Shown here: positions 24,036-39,204 of the stretch, one piece after another
Position numbering within the stretch: the first letter of the stretch is position 1
Layout of the letters: every line of letters starts with the position of its first letter
Source of the DNA: Lama guanicoe
Lineage: Eukaryota
Direction of reading: 5' to 3'
Length of the DNA: 64,000 nt
Assembly: GCA_013239625.1 (NCBI GenBank)
Contig: MU054323.1
Span: 17,860,029-17,924,028, forward strand
Position numbers and translations under genes: made by a program
Notes under the pieces: generated by a model
The model's input: only the letters and a program-made list of their open reading frames with translations
Told to the model about the DNA's origin: nothing
The model's database searches: none

Positions 24036-27000
24036 TAAACTTGTTATAGGGGATTGGTTTAGAATGATGACATTAACATAAGATACCTCATTTATTTGCT
24101 GAAATGACATATTGTAGATCAAAAATTTAATTGACCCTATCCTCACATTAAATGCTAGACAAATGTCTGATATTACCAAGAATAACCCCTACTCTTTATG
24201 AGAGCCAGTGTGTGGTTTTGGTTAAACTGCATAGTATAAATTCTGTGAAATCTAAATGTTTGAAATGAGGAAAGATACTGCTTTTGATCTCAGCACTGGG
24301 GCAAAGGAGAGAAAACATTTTAGAATATTCATGGTTAGCATGGTTAGCTTAGCATGGGTATGTCAATAAATTATTGCCATAACTCTGTGATAATTGGAGA
24401 CCTCTGGGTGTATGTGTGTGTACCTTTTTGTAAGAAAATATTTATTCAAGAACTTTCCAACTGTATAGGGAAATACGATGAATGTCATAAAGCACCTAGA
24501 TATTATGATAAGTGTGCTGGAAGAGGCAAAAGTGTTTTGTTTTCTAAATATTTAAACATGTCCAACACATCAGTTGGGATGTTTAAATGCTATGGGAATA
24601 CTGACAGTAACAAAGAAGGACTCTAGAGTAACATAGAGGAGAATTCTCTCTAATCTGGAAAGGAGACTTGGATGCTGAAGGATGCCATCAACAAAATAAC
24701 ATTTGAGGAAGGTGCATTTGGCAAGTGTCCAGGATAACTTCTGGAAGAACTGCATGTGAATCTGGTTGTCCTGGAATCATGGGGGCGGAGGAAGAAGCTG
24801 GAATCATAATCCAGATGTGAAGTGACAGAGGTGTAGTGATAGGAAGCGAGAGAAATGTAGGGGAAAGATTGGCTGCAAAGACATTTCAGAGGAAGAATCC
24901 CCACCACTCTGTGAATGTGACAGATAATTCCAAATATTGAGTCTGAGTGACTTGAATGACTTGTCAGCAGCAGCAGCAGAGAGAGAGAGAAGTGAGGTGG
25001 GGCAGTTGGACCATAGGGAAACACAAGACTTTACCTTCAGACATACTGAATTCTACAGTACAGTGGGACCCCCAGGACTAAATTCTTCCACTCTCTCCCC
25101 TGTCATTATAGGACACTTATTCTCCAAGGGAGATACTGGGGATATCAGAACTGGAGATGGCAAAGAGAAACTTAAGACAAGTGAAGAACAAACTAAGTTT
25201 GAAAACATCATCGAGGGCGCAGCATCGCCACAGCTAAGACATGCCTCCGCGTTCTGGTTGGATATTGGCTCTCCCATCACCCTGACTCCCCGCCAAGTTA
25301 AAAGCCCTCCTGCATCAACTGCATTCTGGCTCAGACGTCTGCTTCTACTCGTCTGCAGGTATTTAGCTCAGGTCAAGGATTAGACTATGTCAGCTTTATG
25401 ATTTAAAAATGTAGGAAACAAAATTCTTCTTTTACAGTTGCCCCCAATATGGAAGCCTCCAAGTCTGTCAGGTAGACACATAAATCCAAGATCTATATGC
25501 TGACGATAACACCAATATCTCCGATGGAATCCTTTTGGTAAAGTTTAACTCATCCTTTGAGAACTAACTCAAAAATTACTGTCTCTAAGTAGCCTTCCTG
25601 ACTCCCCCCCAGGCGGTTAGTCTTTTCATTGTCTGTGTCCCCACACATTTTGTTCTTATTTCTACTAGAGTGCACAGAAAAATCTACGTGTCTGTCTCAT
25701 ACCACGAGACTGGGAGCATTCTGAAGATGGGATCCATTTATTCATCTTTGCGTTTCCCACTCCGCTAACAGAGTGGGGTTAGTGGATGCTATTTCATTGT
25801 TGGAAATATCCAAAAGAGAAATTTTTAAGAACATGGATGGAGCAGTATGCAGTTGCTGTAGCAAAACCTGCATACACATCATATGTCACATCCCTGCTGA
25901 TGCTGTTAATGCTGCACCAGCAGAGGCAGCGCTCTCATTACATGCTGCTGGCCCATATTTGTAATGTGTGACATTTTTTATGAAATACTGTCAAGGGTAA
26001 TCCATCATATAGTAACCATTGGATTATATGCTGAGACTGGTCTTAAACATAGACATAAATGAACTTCAAGTATAATGCTATTTCCTGAGAAGGAGTCTGA
26101 TCAAAGGGTTCCAGCTAGGAAAATGAAGCAGAGCCTTCTGTTCTTTTACGTTAAACAGAAGTGTCTGAAAAAGAGGTTTCCTTCTGTCTACTCCAGGTGG
26201 GGACATGGTTGGTTATTGTGTGAAGATAATCAGGTGACTCTGAAATGTGGCAGAATGTTTATTTCTTGTAGTACCTCAGTGTTTGTTTGAAAAGGGGATG
26301 AAGAATTGCTAAGGGTTTGCCCACCCTTGGGACTTTCAAGGTTTGTAATAACTTTATCTCACAAGGCATTTTTTAAAAATAAAAGGACACATGACAACTT
26401 GAACGAATTGCAGATGTCAACTGTGGGCTCACAGTTAAATATATTCTGTCTGTGTATCCATAAAGATCTAGGATTTTACACATATTATAGAGCATAAATA
26501 AAAAAAGGCTTCTAAGTCTCATCATTTTTGTGCAAATCCAGATAAGACTCCTTTGATGAGCTTAGTGTTTCCTGTTAAGGAAAAGATTATAGGTGAGAGG
26601 AACACTAAAATTATAATTCTTTGTCTTCCTTAATTAGACTTGAGCTCACCATAGATCTTGCTGAAGCTGTGAGAAAATCCAAGCAATAATTCACATTGTC
26701 AGGTCAGCAGAAATGGGCACAGGAGTCCAATACGACTGAAAGATTTGCTTAAGTGATCTATCTGTGAACTGAACAGCTCAGAAGAGGTCCACAATCTTGA
26801 TGGGAAATATACCCTCTGAAAATGCTCAGAGTACAAACAGCAATGACAATAAATCCCAGCAAGATTCTTGTACCACCTTTACAGATGTCATTTCAGAGGA
26901 AATATATGTCATATTAATACCAACTGATGTGGGGCACTAATTAATAAGTCCCATTAAATTGTGGAGTAATGACATTTAGCATCTAATGAATGCCTCATAA

Positions 27001-27599
27001 TCTTTTGATCATTAATATTTCATAGCATAAGAACACAAGAATTGGCATCCCTGGGCCCACGCAGCCCAGTTTTCTGTCTGTGACTTGGCCCCAAGGGCAT
27101 TAAAAGGCACTAGGGTATTGCTCCTCTGTTGTAAGACTCCACAACATAAGCGATTAACTCTTTCAGGACCCTGGGTACTAACGTTTCCTCATTTTAGGAA
27201 ATGTGAATCTGCCAGCCATTCTCAGAATTGACATCTGTGACTGCAAGGTGCCCTGGAAAACAGAAGCAAGCTGAGATGTTGACTGTGATGTGTAGCACTG
27301 CTTCGTTGTTGGCCCTCCCAGCCCATGCGAGAAACTTGCACAGGAGAAAAAATTCATTCCTTTGATTCATTACCAAGAGCTTTCTTTATTCAAAGGCAAT
27401 AATCACCTCACAGAGCAGGTGCCATTGCAAGGGCTTATTGATCCTACGCGATTCTAGAAATTCCAGGAGGCCGTCACTCGAGCGGGAGATGGAGGTGGTC
27501 ATCCAAAAAGAAGCCCATTTCCAAATGAGCAGGCTGAAGTGAAGTGGCAGAAAATCTCTGGTCATGGGTCTGTCGCTCCAGTGACACTCAGAGCCTTTT

Positions 27600-29388
<1,789 letters not shown>

Positions 29389-32300
29389 TAAACCTCAGAT
29401 AACATTAATGCATTGGTGGAGGCAGCTGATCGCAGTTAGGACATCTGGTTTTTTTTTCACCCTTCCCAATGACTGGGCACACAGCATCCTCAGTGTTTAG
29501 TCACACCAGGGCAAGAAGAGCGGAAAACCCGACGAAGCCTTTTAAAGTAGAGCTTTCGGGATTTTCGCATGGAGTCACTCTACAAAATCACTCTCTTACA
29601 TTTGAGATACCTTGTAAGCTTGTTTTTGTTGTTGTTTGGTTATTTCACACTGAACTATAGAGCATCAGTTTGCCCTTTTGAAATCTATACAACACCTGAC
29701 TCCCATGCGTGTAATCAAATCCTTTGAATAAATATATATGTATGTGTGTATATATAGATATGTAATTCATGTAAAAATATTCAAAGTGACAATCCTATTG
29801 CTGAAGCTTCCTTCTGACTTTCAGAGCTTGATCCTTAATATAAATTCTTTTTCTCTGAGTTGAAAAAAAACCCGCCTTCTTTCCCTTGGAGTCATTATTG
29901 CAAAAAAAAAAAAGGAATAAGTCTAAAATCAGTACATTTTAACATTTAGTAAGCATTCAGGAAAGCAAAGAAAGAGATTTGTGTTGAATTCCAGTTTGGA
30001 ATGGAATTACATAGAAAGGAGAGGGTTAATAACATGTTGGCCTTCGGAGTCTTGTCAGTTGGCATATTCTTCATTTCTCAAGTGTGTCAACTTCCTCCTT
30101 CCTGTGGCTAGCTCAGCCGGGGAATGCCATCTGAAATCTGTCTGTGCGTGGAAGGACTCCAGCGCTTTTGGGGGGGAATCAGATACAGTAGCCTTCCTTT
30201 GGGAAGTGCACTTTATTCTTTCCTCTCCTAACCTGCATCCAAATCTGATTTCTCCTCAGGAAAATGCTGCATAATTAATTCTGATAGTAGCATTGTACAT
30301 GAACAAACTGTAAAAGCTGAATGTGGAGGCTCTGTTATGGAATGCTCATTTAGGAAAGGCAATTTTGAAAGCTAAGCGGTGTAGTCTGTCTTTGGAAGTG
30401 ACAGAGCTGCATTTCCTTACACTCTTCCTGTGCCTAGAGTATTTGATTGCATGTAAATTGGATCTGAAGTCATGCCTGGAACAGCAGAGTAGAATTCCTT
30501 CAAACCAGCGGCAGGAGAGGGAGCCCACAAGACAGTTGCTCATTCCCCGCCTCCGCACCTGCCCTGGCTAGCTGAGATGCCTGGCCCCGGGGGCAGTCCA
30601 GAATCGAGTAATCCTAGAGGCTGAAGGAAGTTTGGAGGTGATCAAATCCAACCGCCCACCCGCTGCTCAAACTCCCTTCTTCTGTAAGTCTTTCCAACAA
30701 ATGGTTATCCAGCCTAACACTTCCATGAGACAGAGCTGTGTACTAGTTAAAAGAATTCTGTTTTTCTAGTCATAAGTCTCAGATTTGTACTATTGATGGT
30801 GTTTAGCTCTTCCTTCGTGTAGAACGCTAAAGGGTTCTAGGCTGTAACTGGAAGACGTGGGTTCCTTTGCTGGCTCTGCCGCTAAATCGCAGTGTTTCCT
30901 CCACATGCCCCGTAGTTTTCTTGCCCGTAGTAGGAAGGCTCACAACTCTTTAAAGGATTTTATGATTCTAAAGTCTGTCACTTTTGTACTAATAACAATG
31001 TTAAGTTAGTTTCCTGGGAGGTCAATGAGCTGACATTATTAAGACATGAGGAGTTTGGAGAAAATGACGGATATTTGGTACATTGTAGGATCATAATTTG
31101 TTGTCTGGGAGATGCCAGAGTGCCTCAAGTCTTTTCAACATTGCTACTGATCTACTTTGGGCTACTTATATAACTCTTGTGGATCTCAGTTTCATCATCT
31201 GTGAAATGAACAGCTTTAAAAATCTATGATTCTAAGAATAATTTGAACAGATGATTTTTGACGCCCGTGTTAGGTAAACATTATTACCTTTGTTTTGCCA
31301 TCTGACATTAGTGGCTGTGGTATGAATGTCTTAAATGAGCCCTGTATATCTAGAAACTGACATCACATCTAATTTAAACATGTGGACATGTTTCATTCTG
31401 TCTTCTCTGAATTACGTTGTGAGTCCGAACATTTAGAAATGTTAATGATAGGAAACAAAGACAAGCAGACTCTGATGGAAGAGTCGGGAGCGGTGGAAAG
31501 GGCCACAAGGAATGCCTGGCGTATTTAGTGAGCTTTTGAGAGAAGAAGAGGTCAGCCTTTCTTCATGTGGACTTAGAGGGCAAAGCCGGATGGATGGTGG
31601 GTAAAAGTTGCAGAGGGGAAAAGGTAGAGTTGATGATATGGAAGACTTTCTCACAATTGTTACTGGAGGCCACGCAAGTATTTCTGAGCGATTAGAGGAG
31701 AAAGAAACATACAATGTGAACAATGAGAAATTGGTTTAGAAATGCAGCGTATAGGCTCTGTAGTGTTAATCTACTTGAGAGAAATCACATGAGCCTGAAA
31801 GCAGTGGTCACTTTTTTTTATTTGGGACATTTATTTGGGAAAATCATCAAACTCTGTCACCCTTTCTTTATGGTTCTAGTTCACTTCTAGGCTGGAGTGA
31901 CCCTAGAAGGTCTAGATTGGACCTCCAACCAACCTTCAATAAAAATGAAGGTACAGTTATTGATAAACCCAGTAAGGATCAAGACTAGAACTCCCTGCTA
32001 TTCTACCAGGCTGACAAAGGACCCTTCTACCAGCACAGTTTAAATACAGTGGTTTTTCTAGCCGCAAGTCCCCTTACTAGCACAGTATTGTCCAATCCGC
32101 ATTTCACTGTCTTGCCCACTGGAATAACATGGGAGCTTACAAATGCTTTAGAGGTAGTCCCACACTGTATTTCCGTAGTTTACTATCCAATGCCATAAAT
32201 GCCCATTGAAAGCCTACTGTGTGCACGGTGGTGTTAGGAAGATTTCAGCTACACAGGGGAGGCGGGGTTCTTTTGTGTTTGAGTTGATCAGTTGCCTAAG

Positions 32301-32639
32301 TTATTTTTCCCTATGGGCCCTTCTTGCAGCTATCTTTTGATGCTGAGGAAGCTTTGCTGGTCTAAGTAAAGACTGTCTCTGATCAGTATGCAAATGAAGT
32401 CATCCTCCGCCCAGCAAGAGGAGGGCTAGAATAGTGAAGGACTTGAAGGAGCCTTGTGGGAGGAACTTGAGAGAACTGATTTAAAGAACAGGGCCTCAGG
32501 CCCCGCTGTGCCACTGGGACTGTGATGTTAGAAAGAAGCCTTCAGGCCTAAAACTCACAAAGAGCCCGTAAGGTAGATGGGGATGGGATGGATCATATAT
32601 GGAGCCCAGGGATTGAGAGGGGTGACCTAAAGATAGGTT

Positions 32640-32770
32640 CTTTATTCCCTTGTTCATCTAATTTATTAACTCAGTGAACATACATATTGAGTGTCAGGTA
32701 TTGTGCTAGGTGTAGATGATATGAGTGAACAAAATAGATAAAAAAGCTTGCCCTGATAGAGTTGACATCA
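32640..32770 (-). mobile_element. L2 3' end
   Basis: AACATACATATTGAGTGTCAGGTATTGTGCTAGGTG...GTGAACAAAATAGA. Confidence 0.65.
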
Positions 32771-35700
32771 AATGGTGGAGTTATTTTCTAGTGGGTTACA
32801 CAGTAACTACTCTTAGTAGGCTATGGGAGGACCACTTTGGGAAGGCTGCTAGCACTGGTGGGTAAATGACAGGAAATACAGTGCAAAGTGCTGGAGAGCT
32901 GTACCCTTTGGGGGACGTCTGGCCATTTCTGTTCCAAGGGCAATTCTTATATTTAAACTCCGGGATGAACAGTAAAATAGGAGGACAGATGGAAGGAGAC
33001 TCAGTTGGAAACATTATATAATGCTTCTTTCAGTTACTGAAAACACTGACTTTAATAAATAAACATTGATGAGTCTTGTGAATACATTATGTGGAACTTT
33101 GGAGAAATTAATTTTGAATAGAAATTAGTCATCAAAATGATATTGAAAGTGCCAACTGTTCTAACTGGCCTTCACTTTAATTAAAACAAATTTAATTAAA
33201 AATTTTCATTAAAAACAACTGGCATTACTTTTCAAATATATATACCTTGTTTACATAAGCCAAATCTTAATATGATATATTGCCTGCAAGATACAAAAGG
33301 GAAATGAATGTTGTAGTGTTTTGTTTTTATGAAGTGAAAAGTGAGAGAATTTCAGAAATGTGAAGATTAAAATTCTGTGGGCGTAATGTTAACTTGTATA
33401 AATCATTTGGGATTGAATTCTTGAAACTTGAAATAGAATATGTCCTTGTGGTTTCAGAGCATTTTTCCTTTAGTGGGGTAAACAGAGATCTCAAAGACAG
33501 TAGGACATAAATACTTTGTCATTTTGCTCTCTGCAAGAAAAAGAAAGTAGGAGAATTGGTTGGAATTCATTGGGTCTCTTCTTCAGTCTGCTAATGATTT
33601 ATCTGTTTCCCCTGTTGGCTTATTTTCCATGAAATTAATAGTCTGTGTAGGACCCACCAAGTTCTACCTGACACAGAAGAAACAGATTGATGATTTTCTT
33701 CAGCTTGTTTGTAGACCAAAGTATCATTGTGTTAGAATAATTATCTCCCAAGAGCAGATGTATCTGGGAAATCTGAGAGACTAGTACTCTTTCTTCTTCC
33801 TGACCCATTTGTTCACATACTGTTCACGGACCTTCTCTTGAACCAGAAGATGCTGCTGGCATAGGGGTTCCTCAGTTTTGGGGGTTCCAGGGGTATCATT
33901 AAGACTTCCTTTTCCTTTCTGTAATTCTCAAGGCAAGTGGTCTCCAAAATTGTTTTAAGCATCACTCTTTGTCACTGAGATTTACTCATTTTAAACCTAG
34001 GTGCATGGACTGTACTAACATACACATCATAGAGCACAGGTGAAAGCAAACTTCGAAGGGATGTGGTAATAAATAGAAATAGAAGTTCAACTGTTTTCAC
34101 CCTACCCACATTCCAGAGAACTGCTTGTGTGCCCGCCAGCATGTACACATTCCGTCGGAAGACTCCTTTTCCCATTGCCCATCAGCAAAGTCGAGTTTCT
34201 CATCTGGGCAGAAGAAGGAGCATTTTTTCCCATCATGGCTGAACTCTACGATGGGACTTCCAGTCCACCGCTGTATCACACATACTCATCTCGTACATAG
34301 GAGAGAAGAAGATGCGTTTTATTTCTGTATCATGCCTGACACTAGGCACAGTGTTACCTGTGCCTTTTTGATTAAACAACTGCAAGCTCATACTACACAA
34401 ATCTTCATGACTAGATTTGTAGTTTTGTCCCACAGTGTCTTGAGGCTGAACAGACCCAAGTGTGATAACCTATGTTTCAACACAGCCTCTTGCTAACACT
34501 CCTGAAGGTTATCTTGCAGAGAAATTAAATTCTTACTTGCCATCCTGCTATCCAAAAAAGACACCTGATCCCATCCTTTCCATCTGCCCAGGGAAGTCAT
34601 CTCTTAAAAGTGATTTAGAAATGCTAAAAGTGGATGGTGCTTTAAGTGGTTTGTCATCAAAATTGCCAGAATCAATGACATTTCTATTTGCCATGTCTTA
34701 TAGATAACATTTAGCAATGGCCTTGGGGGGGAGAAAAAAGAAGATTTTTTGGCTGTGTCATAGAAATTCACATCACTTATCCCCCCATCACTGCGATTTC
34801 TTCCTTAGCTCCTGATTTTTTTTCTTCAGAGCTCAAAAAGAGCCCTCAGACCCCATCAGGCAGACTGCTCGTAATTGCAAGTGTTCTCGATTGTCACAGA
34901 AGATAGGCTTTTGTTGGTGGAGCGTCTGGAAGTTACATTTCATTGAGAGAGACACCCAGTGCCAGTGCTAAGTGTGAGACCATGCGTGGCAACATTGAAG
35001 AACTCTAGGCAGGTCACAGGGTTTTCCCAACAGTTACCAAGAGTGAACTCTCCTTCCATCTTCTAGTGCACCTGCAGTGCAGTCTACCCCGGATAACTGA
35101 TCCGTGACCTCTGCCAAGCAAGCCATGACCTCGGGTTGGCTGTCTCCTTATTCCTTGAGGCCACCTTTCCTGTGTACACCTTATCTTTCAGAGGGGTTCC
35201 ACTGTCCTTCTTTGATAGTCAATTGTGTGACCACCTGAAGCCTATTTCCTTGTATTATTTGCAATAAAAATAACCAAATATGCTCACCCCCTTCACTTCC
35301 CTCCCTCTTGCAACTGGTGAAATGAAAGGAAGAAGCTGAAAACAACCAAACTGGAACTTTGGCAGATAATACAGATAGCAAATATATCTCCTTTGGAATA
35401 ATACATTAGCTCAATAGATTGGGGCAATTCAGATAAGATCATTTCAACCCTGTAGACTTGCTTGAGGTTTAACAAATTAGTCTCTTCTCCAATTGATATT
35501 TTTTTTAAAACCTCACACCATTGCTATTGCTGAAAGCTTTGCACAACTGGTGGTAACGATTTTTATCAAAATAAAGGCATTTGTCAATAGAAAATGGACT
35601 TTATCTTCAAAACCTGGTAAAATGTATGACAGTTTATTTGGGTTTTTTTTTTTTTTGCCTTCTTGCAGCATTTCCCTGTGGTTAAAAGTGATTGCAGTGA

Positions 35701-36450
35701 TTAATCTGTTTATTGCAAGTTTTAACTAAAAGCATGTGACTGAACTTTTTGGAGCATGAGAGAGTCTGCCTGGGCCGTCATGAAGCTGACAGCCTTTGTT
35801 TGCTGCAGAGTAACGCGAAACTGCAGGCTGTTCTCCATCTTTCTTGTAACTCAGCCAGATAAGCTGATTGCAGACCAAACAATAATGTCATGGGGACACC
35901 CATCAGGGAACGCATTAGCAAGTGAAAAGGGGGAACAATACAAACCATATTTCAGTTTCTGGTATCTTGACTTACTGGGGACACACTGAATTATTTTCTA
36001 TAACTTGCTGGATGTCCCCCATTGTTCAGATGTCTAAGTATTTTGTTCATAGGTAAAAATCAATCAACTCATTCCTCCTCTAGGGATCAAAAGGATGTCA
36101 TGTGTTCCCTTTTGGCTTTTCCAGGTTATTTGATACCACACAGGCAGACAGGGAAGCGATTCCAGAAATATCCGTGGGAAATTCTTAATATATAGATAAT
36201 TCCAGAAGGTTTAATTGTCCCTTTACAATAGGTCGCTCAACTGTAAATCAACACCCATGAGTCCAACTGCCACTCCAGTAAGCACTGACTTGCATACTTA
36301 GGGTCTGTAACAGGCAAGGTTGGGAGAGTTGGGGTGGGGATAGAGGCGGGAGGCTATCTGTGAATTGGATCTCTTTTGCATCCATTTTGAGACATTTTAA
36401 TTTGGTGTAGGGGATGTGAGCATTTGCTTCACTCAGAAATCAGTCAGGAT

Positions 36451-36592
36451 GGGGAGGGTATAACTCAGTGGTGGAGTGCGTGCTTAGTATGCACAAGGTC
36501 CTGGGTTCAATCCCTGGTACCATCATTAAAAAAATTAATTAAAACCTAATTACCTCCCCCCATAATAAACTTAAAATGTGAAGTTATAAAAA
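36451..36592 (+). mobile_element. tRNA-Ala-derived SINE (camelid-type), longer form
   Basis: GGGGAGGGTATAACTCAGTGGTGGAGTGCGTGCTTAGTATGCACAAGGTCCTGGGTTCAATCCCTGGTACC, then AAACCTAATTACCTCCCC and an A-rich tail; imperfect TSD AAATCAGTCAG / AAATCACTCAG. Confidence 0.92.
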
Positions 36593-38504
36593 AAATCACT
36601 CAGCAATGTTCCTGGGTGTTGAAAAGAAATGCTTTTTGAAAATGAGGCTGCTTAGTGAAGAAGATGGGTGCTATGTCCTACTCGTCCTGTGAGGTTATGC
36701 TTTCTCTAACTACACCCAGAGTAGTGAGGAAGAACATCTGAGGAGGTGGCTGATGGGTAATTTGAGTTTGAATTAGCATTCTTATGTTCTCACAATTTTG
36801 AAAACTACTTCTAGTAATGCTTCGAGTTGTTGTGGCATTTTAAGCCTGTACATCCTGTTAAATGGTATTCAAGGAAGTTACCCTGAAAAACAAGAGAGCT
36901 GATCACCTGTCAAGTGACTGAAGAATTGTGGAACTGATCATGAGAGTGACAGTTTGACATAGTGGAAAGTAAACTGTAGAGGGGAAGAAACCAAAAATAT
37001 AATGGCCGATTGAGAATCACCGAGTCTGCACCAATGGAAGCTTAGTGTATGTTGTATGCCACCGGTACTTAATCACTTATTCCAGGTGATTTAATCCTCA
37101 GCGTCTAACATATTTTGGGGAAACTTTGTGTTCAGAAAATGGAAGTATTCGTTGAAGGAAACTAAAACTAACAGATACTACAAAAATAAAGAGGCTGAAC
37201 TTGAGTGGCAGGAAGAGTGACAGTGACTGCTAACATGGACATTTCTGAAAAATACTGTCTTTTTGTTCAGATGTTTAAAACAAACAAAACAAATAAGGCA
37301 CAAGGAAACCGTTTACTATTCAGCAGTGAAAGATAAAATCCAGCCGAAAGATACCCGCTGAAGAAACATCAAAGTCATGTGTTTTTTTCCCTTTTTTCTC
37401 AAGGGTTACCTTTTTCTTTCTGAAAGAAACTCAAATTGGTTGGAGGAAAATGGGTAAGCACATGTAGAATCAAAGATTCATAGAGTTGAAAGGAGCTTTG
37501 AGCCGTGATCCTCACCCAGTTTTTTTCACTATGATGCGGTGATAGGTGATTTTCACGTGTGCTTCACGTGCCTGTCAATTACATCATAACTCCCTCCATT
37601 TCTCTCTGAAAGTGTATTTTCAGAATACCTGCGAAGGAAGGGATGTTGTCATCAGCATAATCTCAAATCAATTTTAATTTATGAAACAAGAGTCTGTCAT
37701 TTGGATAGGGGAGGCGCTTTGATCTTGTGTCAGAAGAGGCTTAGAGACTGCAGTCTGATTGGCCGTGGAAGTGGGGGCTTTATCCAGATTGTCTAATTTT
37801 TAGGGGTGAGGCTTGTACAGGGAGCTGATGGCTACTGTGAGCATGGCTACTTCAGTTTCCCAAAGTCATCCCCAGGCACCACCACTGATTTGGAAATTGG
37901 GAGCTGTATTAAAATAACTCATTACCTGTTAGTCTGCTGAACCGGTCCCAACACACCTAATTTGAGAAAGTTTAAAAAAAATGACGGGAGAAATCATAAA
38001 AGGTCAGTTTGATATGTCCTCCAAATGTGACTGAGTTATTGAAATAAATATGTCTGAGAGCCCCTGAGAGGCATTAAACAGAGCAATTCACCATTCAGTA
38101 AACCACACGTAAGATGATTCTGCTGCTGTATTTGATTATGCCTTGGGGGAAATTGAGTGCTTCTTACTAACATGCCCTAGATTTTCATTTTGGAAATTTG
38201 TGGCAGGGGTCTTCTTCAGAGAGTGTTTTTATTTCTGAATTATCACACAGTTCTTGTTTGTGCACTTTCCTAGTTCTGTTTGTAGGCTAACATGGCAGAC
38301 CTGTTTTTTTTTCCCCTCCTGGCCAAGTATTCTCACATGTAAGTAGCTTTCTGGAGTTGTTTTTATTCCTGAAAAGGTCAGGTACGGAAGCATTTCTGAT
38401 TAGGTAGGAAACATTATAATTTGGGTTGTGAGTCTAGTTTTTCAAAATGCAGTTAATAAAGTGCTTGATAAACATTTACCCGCTCACATAGGTGGGTTTA
38501 ACAG

Positions 38505-39062
38505 CTAAGGATCTTTTAGTGCCAAATAACAGAAAACCTAAATAAAAATGGCTTAACCTATAAAATAAATGTATCCCCTCACATAACATTAAGTCTAGAG
38601 TAGCCTGTGCCGAGGCTGATTAATTAAAGATTGACTTCTCTTGGGCTTTAGTTGTTCCAACATGGGTGATTGGCCTTCAGGTTTGTCTCTTGCTGGTCAC
38701 CAGCTGGGCTGTCAGTCACTTCCTCACACAGGAATAGTGCAAAGGCTAAAGCAGGAGAGAGGCCGTGCACTTTTTTGGTAAACCATTCTTACAATGAATG
38801 TAATTTCCCAGAAGTCTCTCAGCAGACTTCCCAGGGATCTCATTGGCCAGAATTATGTCACATGACCATTCTTAAACCAACCCCTGGCAAGTAGAATGGG
38901 ATTACGATGATTCCCTTAGGCCAATCAAGCTCCCCCCTTATGGAGGCTAAGGGTTCATTCTCCCCAGGAAGCACTTGCCTGCCTGACCCCTGAACAAAGT
39001 CTGGCTATTTTTAGCTAAGGAAGTGAGGATGTTGTGTACACAGCCATAGTGTCCACCACAGC
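38505..39062. mobile_element. Old MLT1 (J/K/L-like) MaLR LTR
   Basis: AAATAACAGAAAACC...TGGCTTAA...CAGACTTCCCAGGGATCTCATTGGCCAGAATTATGTCACATGACCA...GTCCACCACA. Confidence 0.75.
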
Positions 39063-39204
39063 AGGGAGGTCCAAATGGCAGTCCCGTCCTATCTGGGATC
39101 ATTCTATGGGTAGAATCTGGCTGAGAGGAGAACCTGATTTCTAGCCATTCTTCAAGATTTAGCACATCCTCTCTCCACATCCTGCCTTGATGGGAATAGG
39201 GGAG

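Noticed and set aside
36451..36525. tRNA-Ala gene (also 17870-17940 on the minus strand)
   Set aside because: A and B boxes are present, but the 5' end is extended, the stems are altered, there is a retroposon tail with flanking repeats, and there are two dispersed copies, so these are SINEs.
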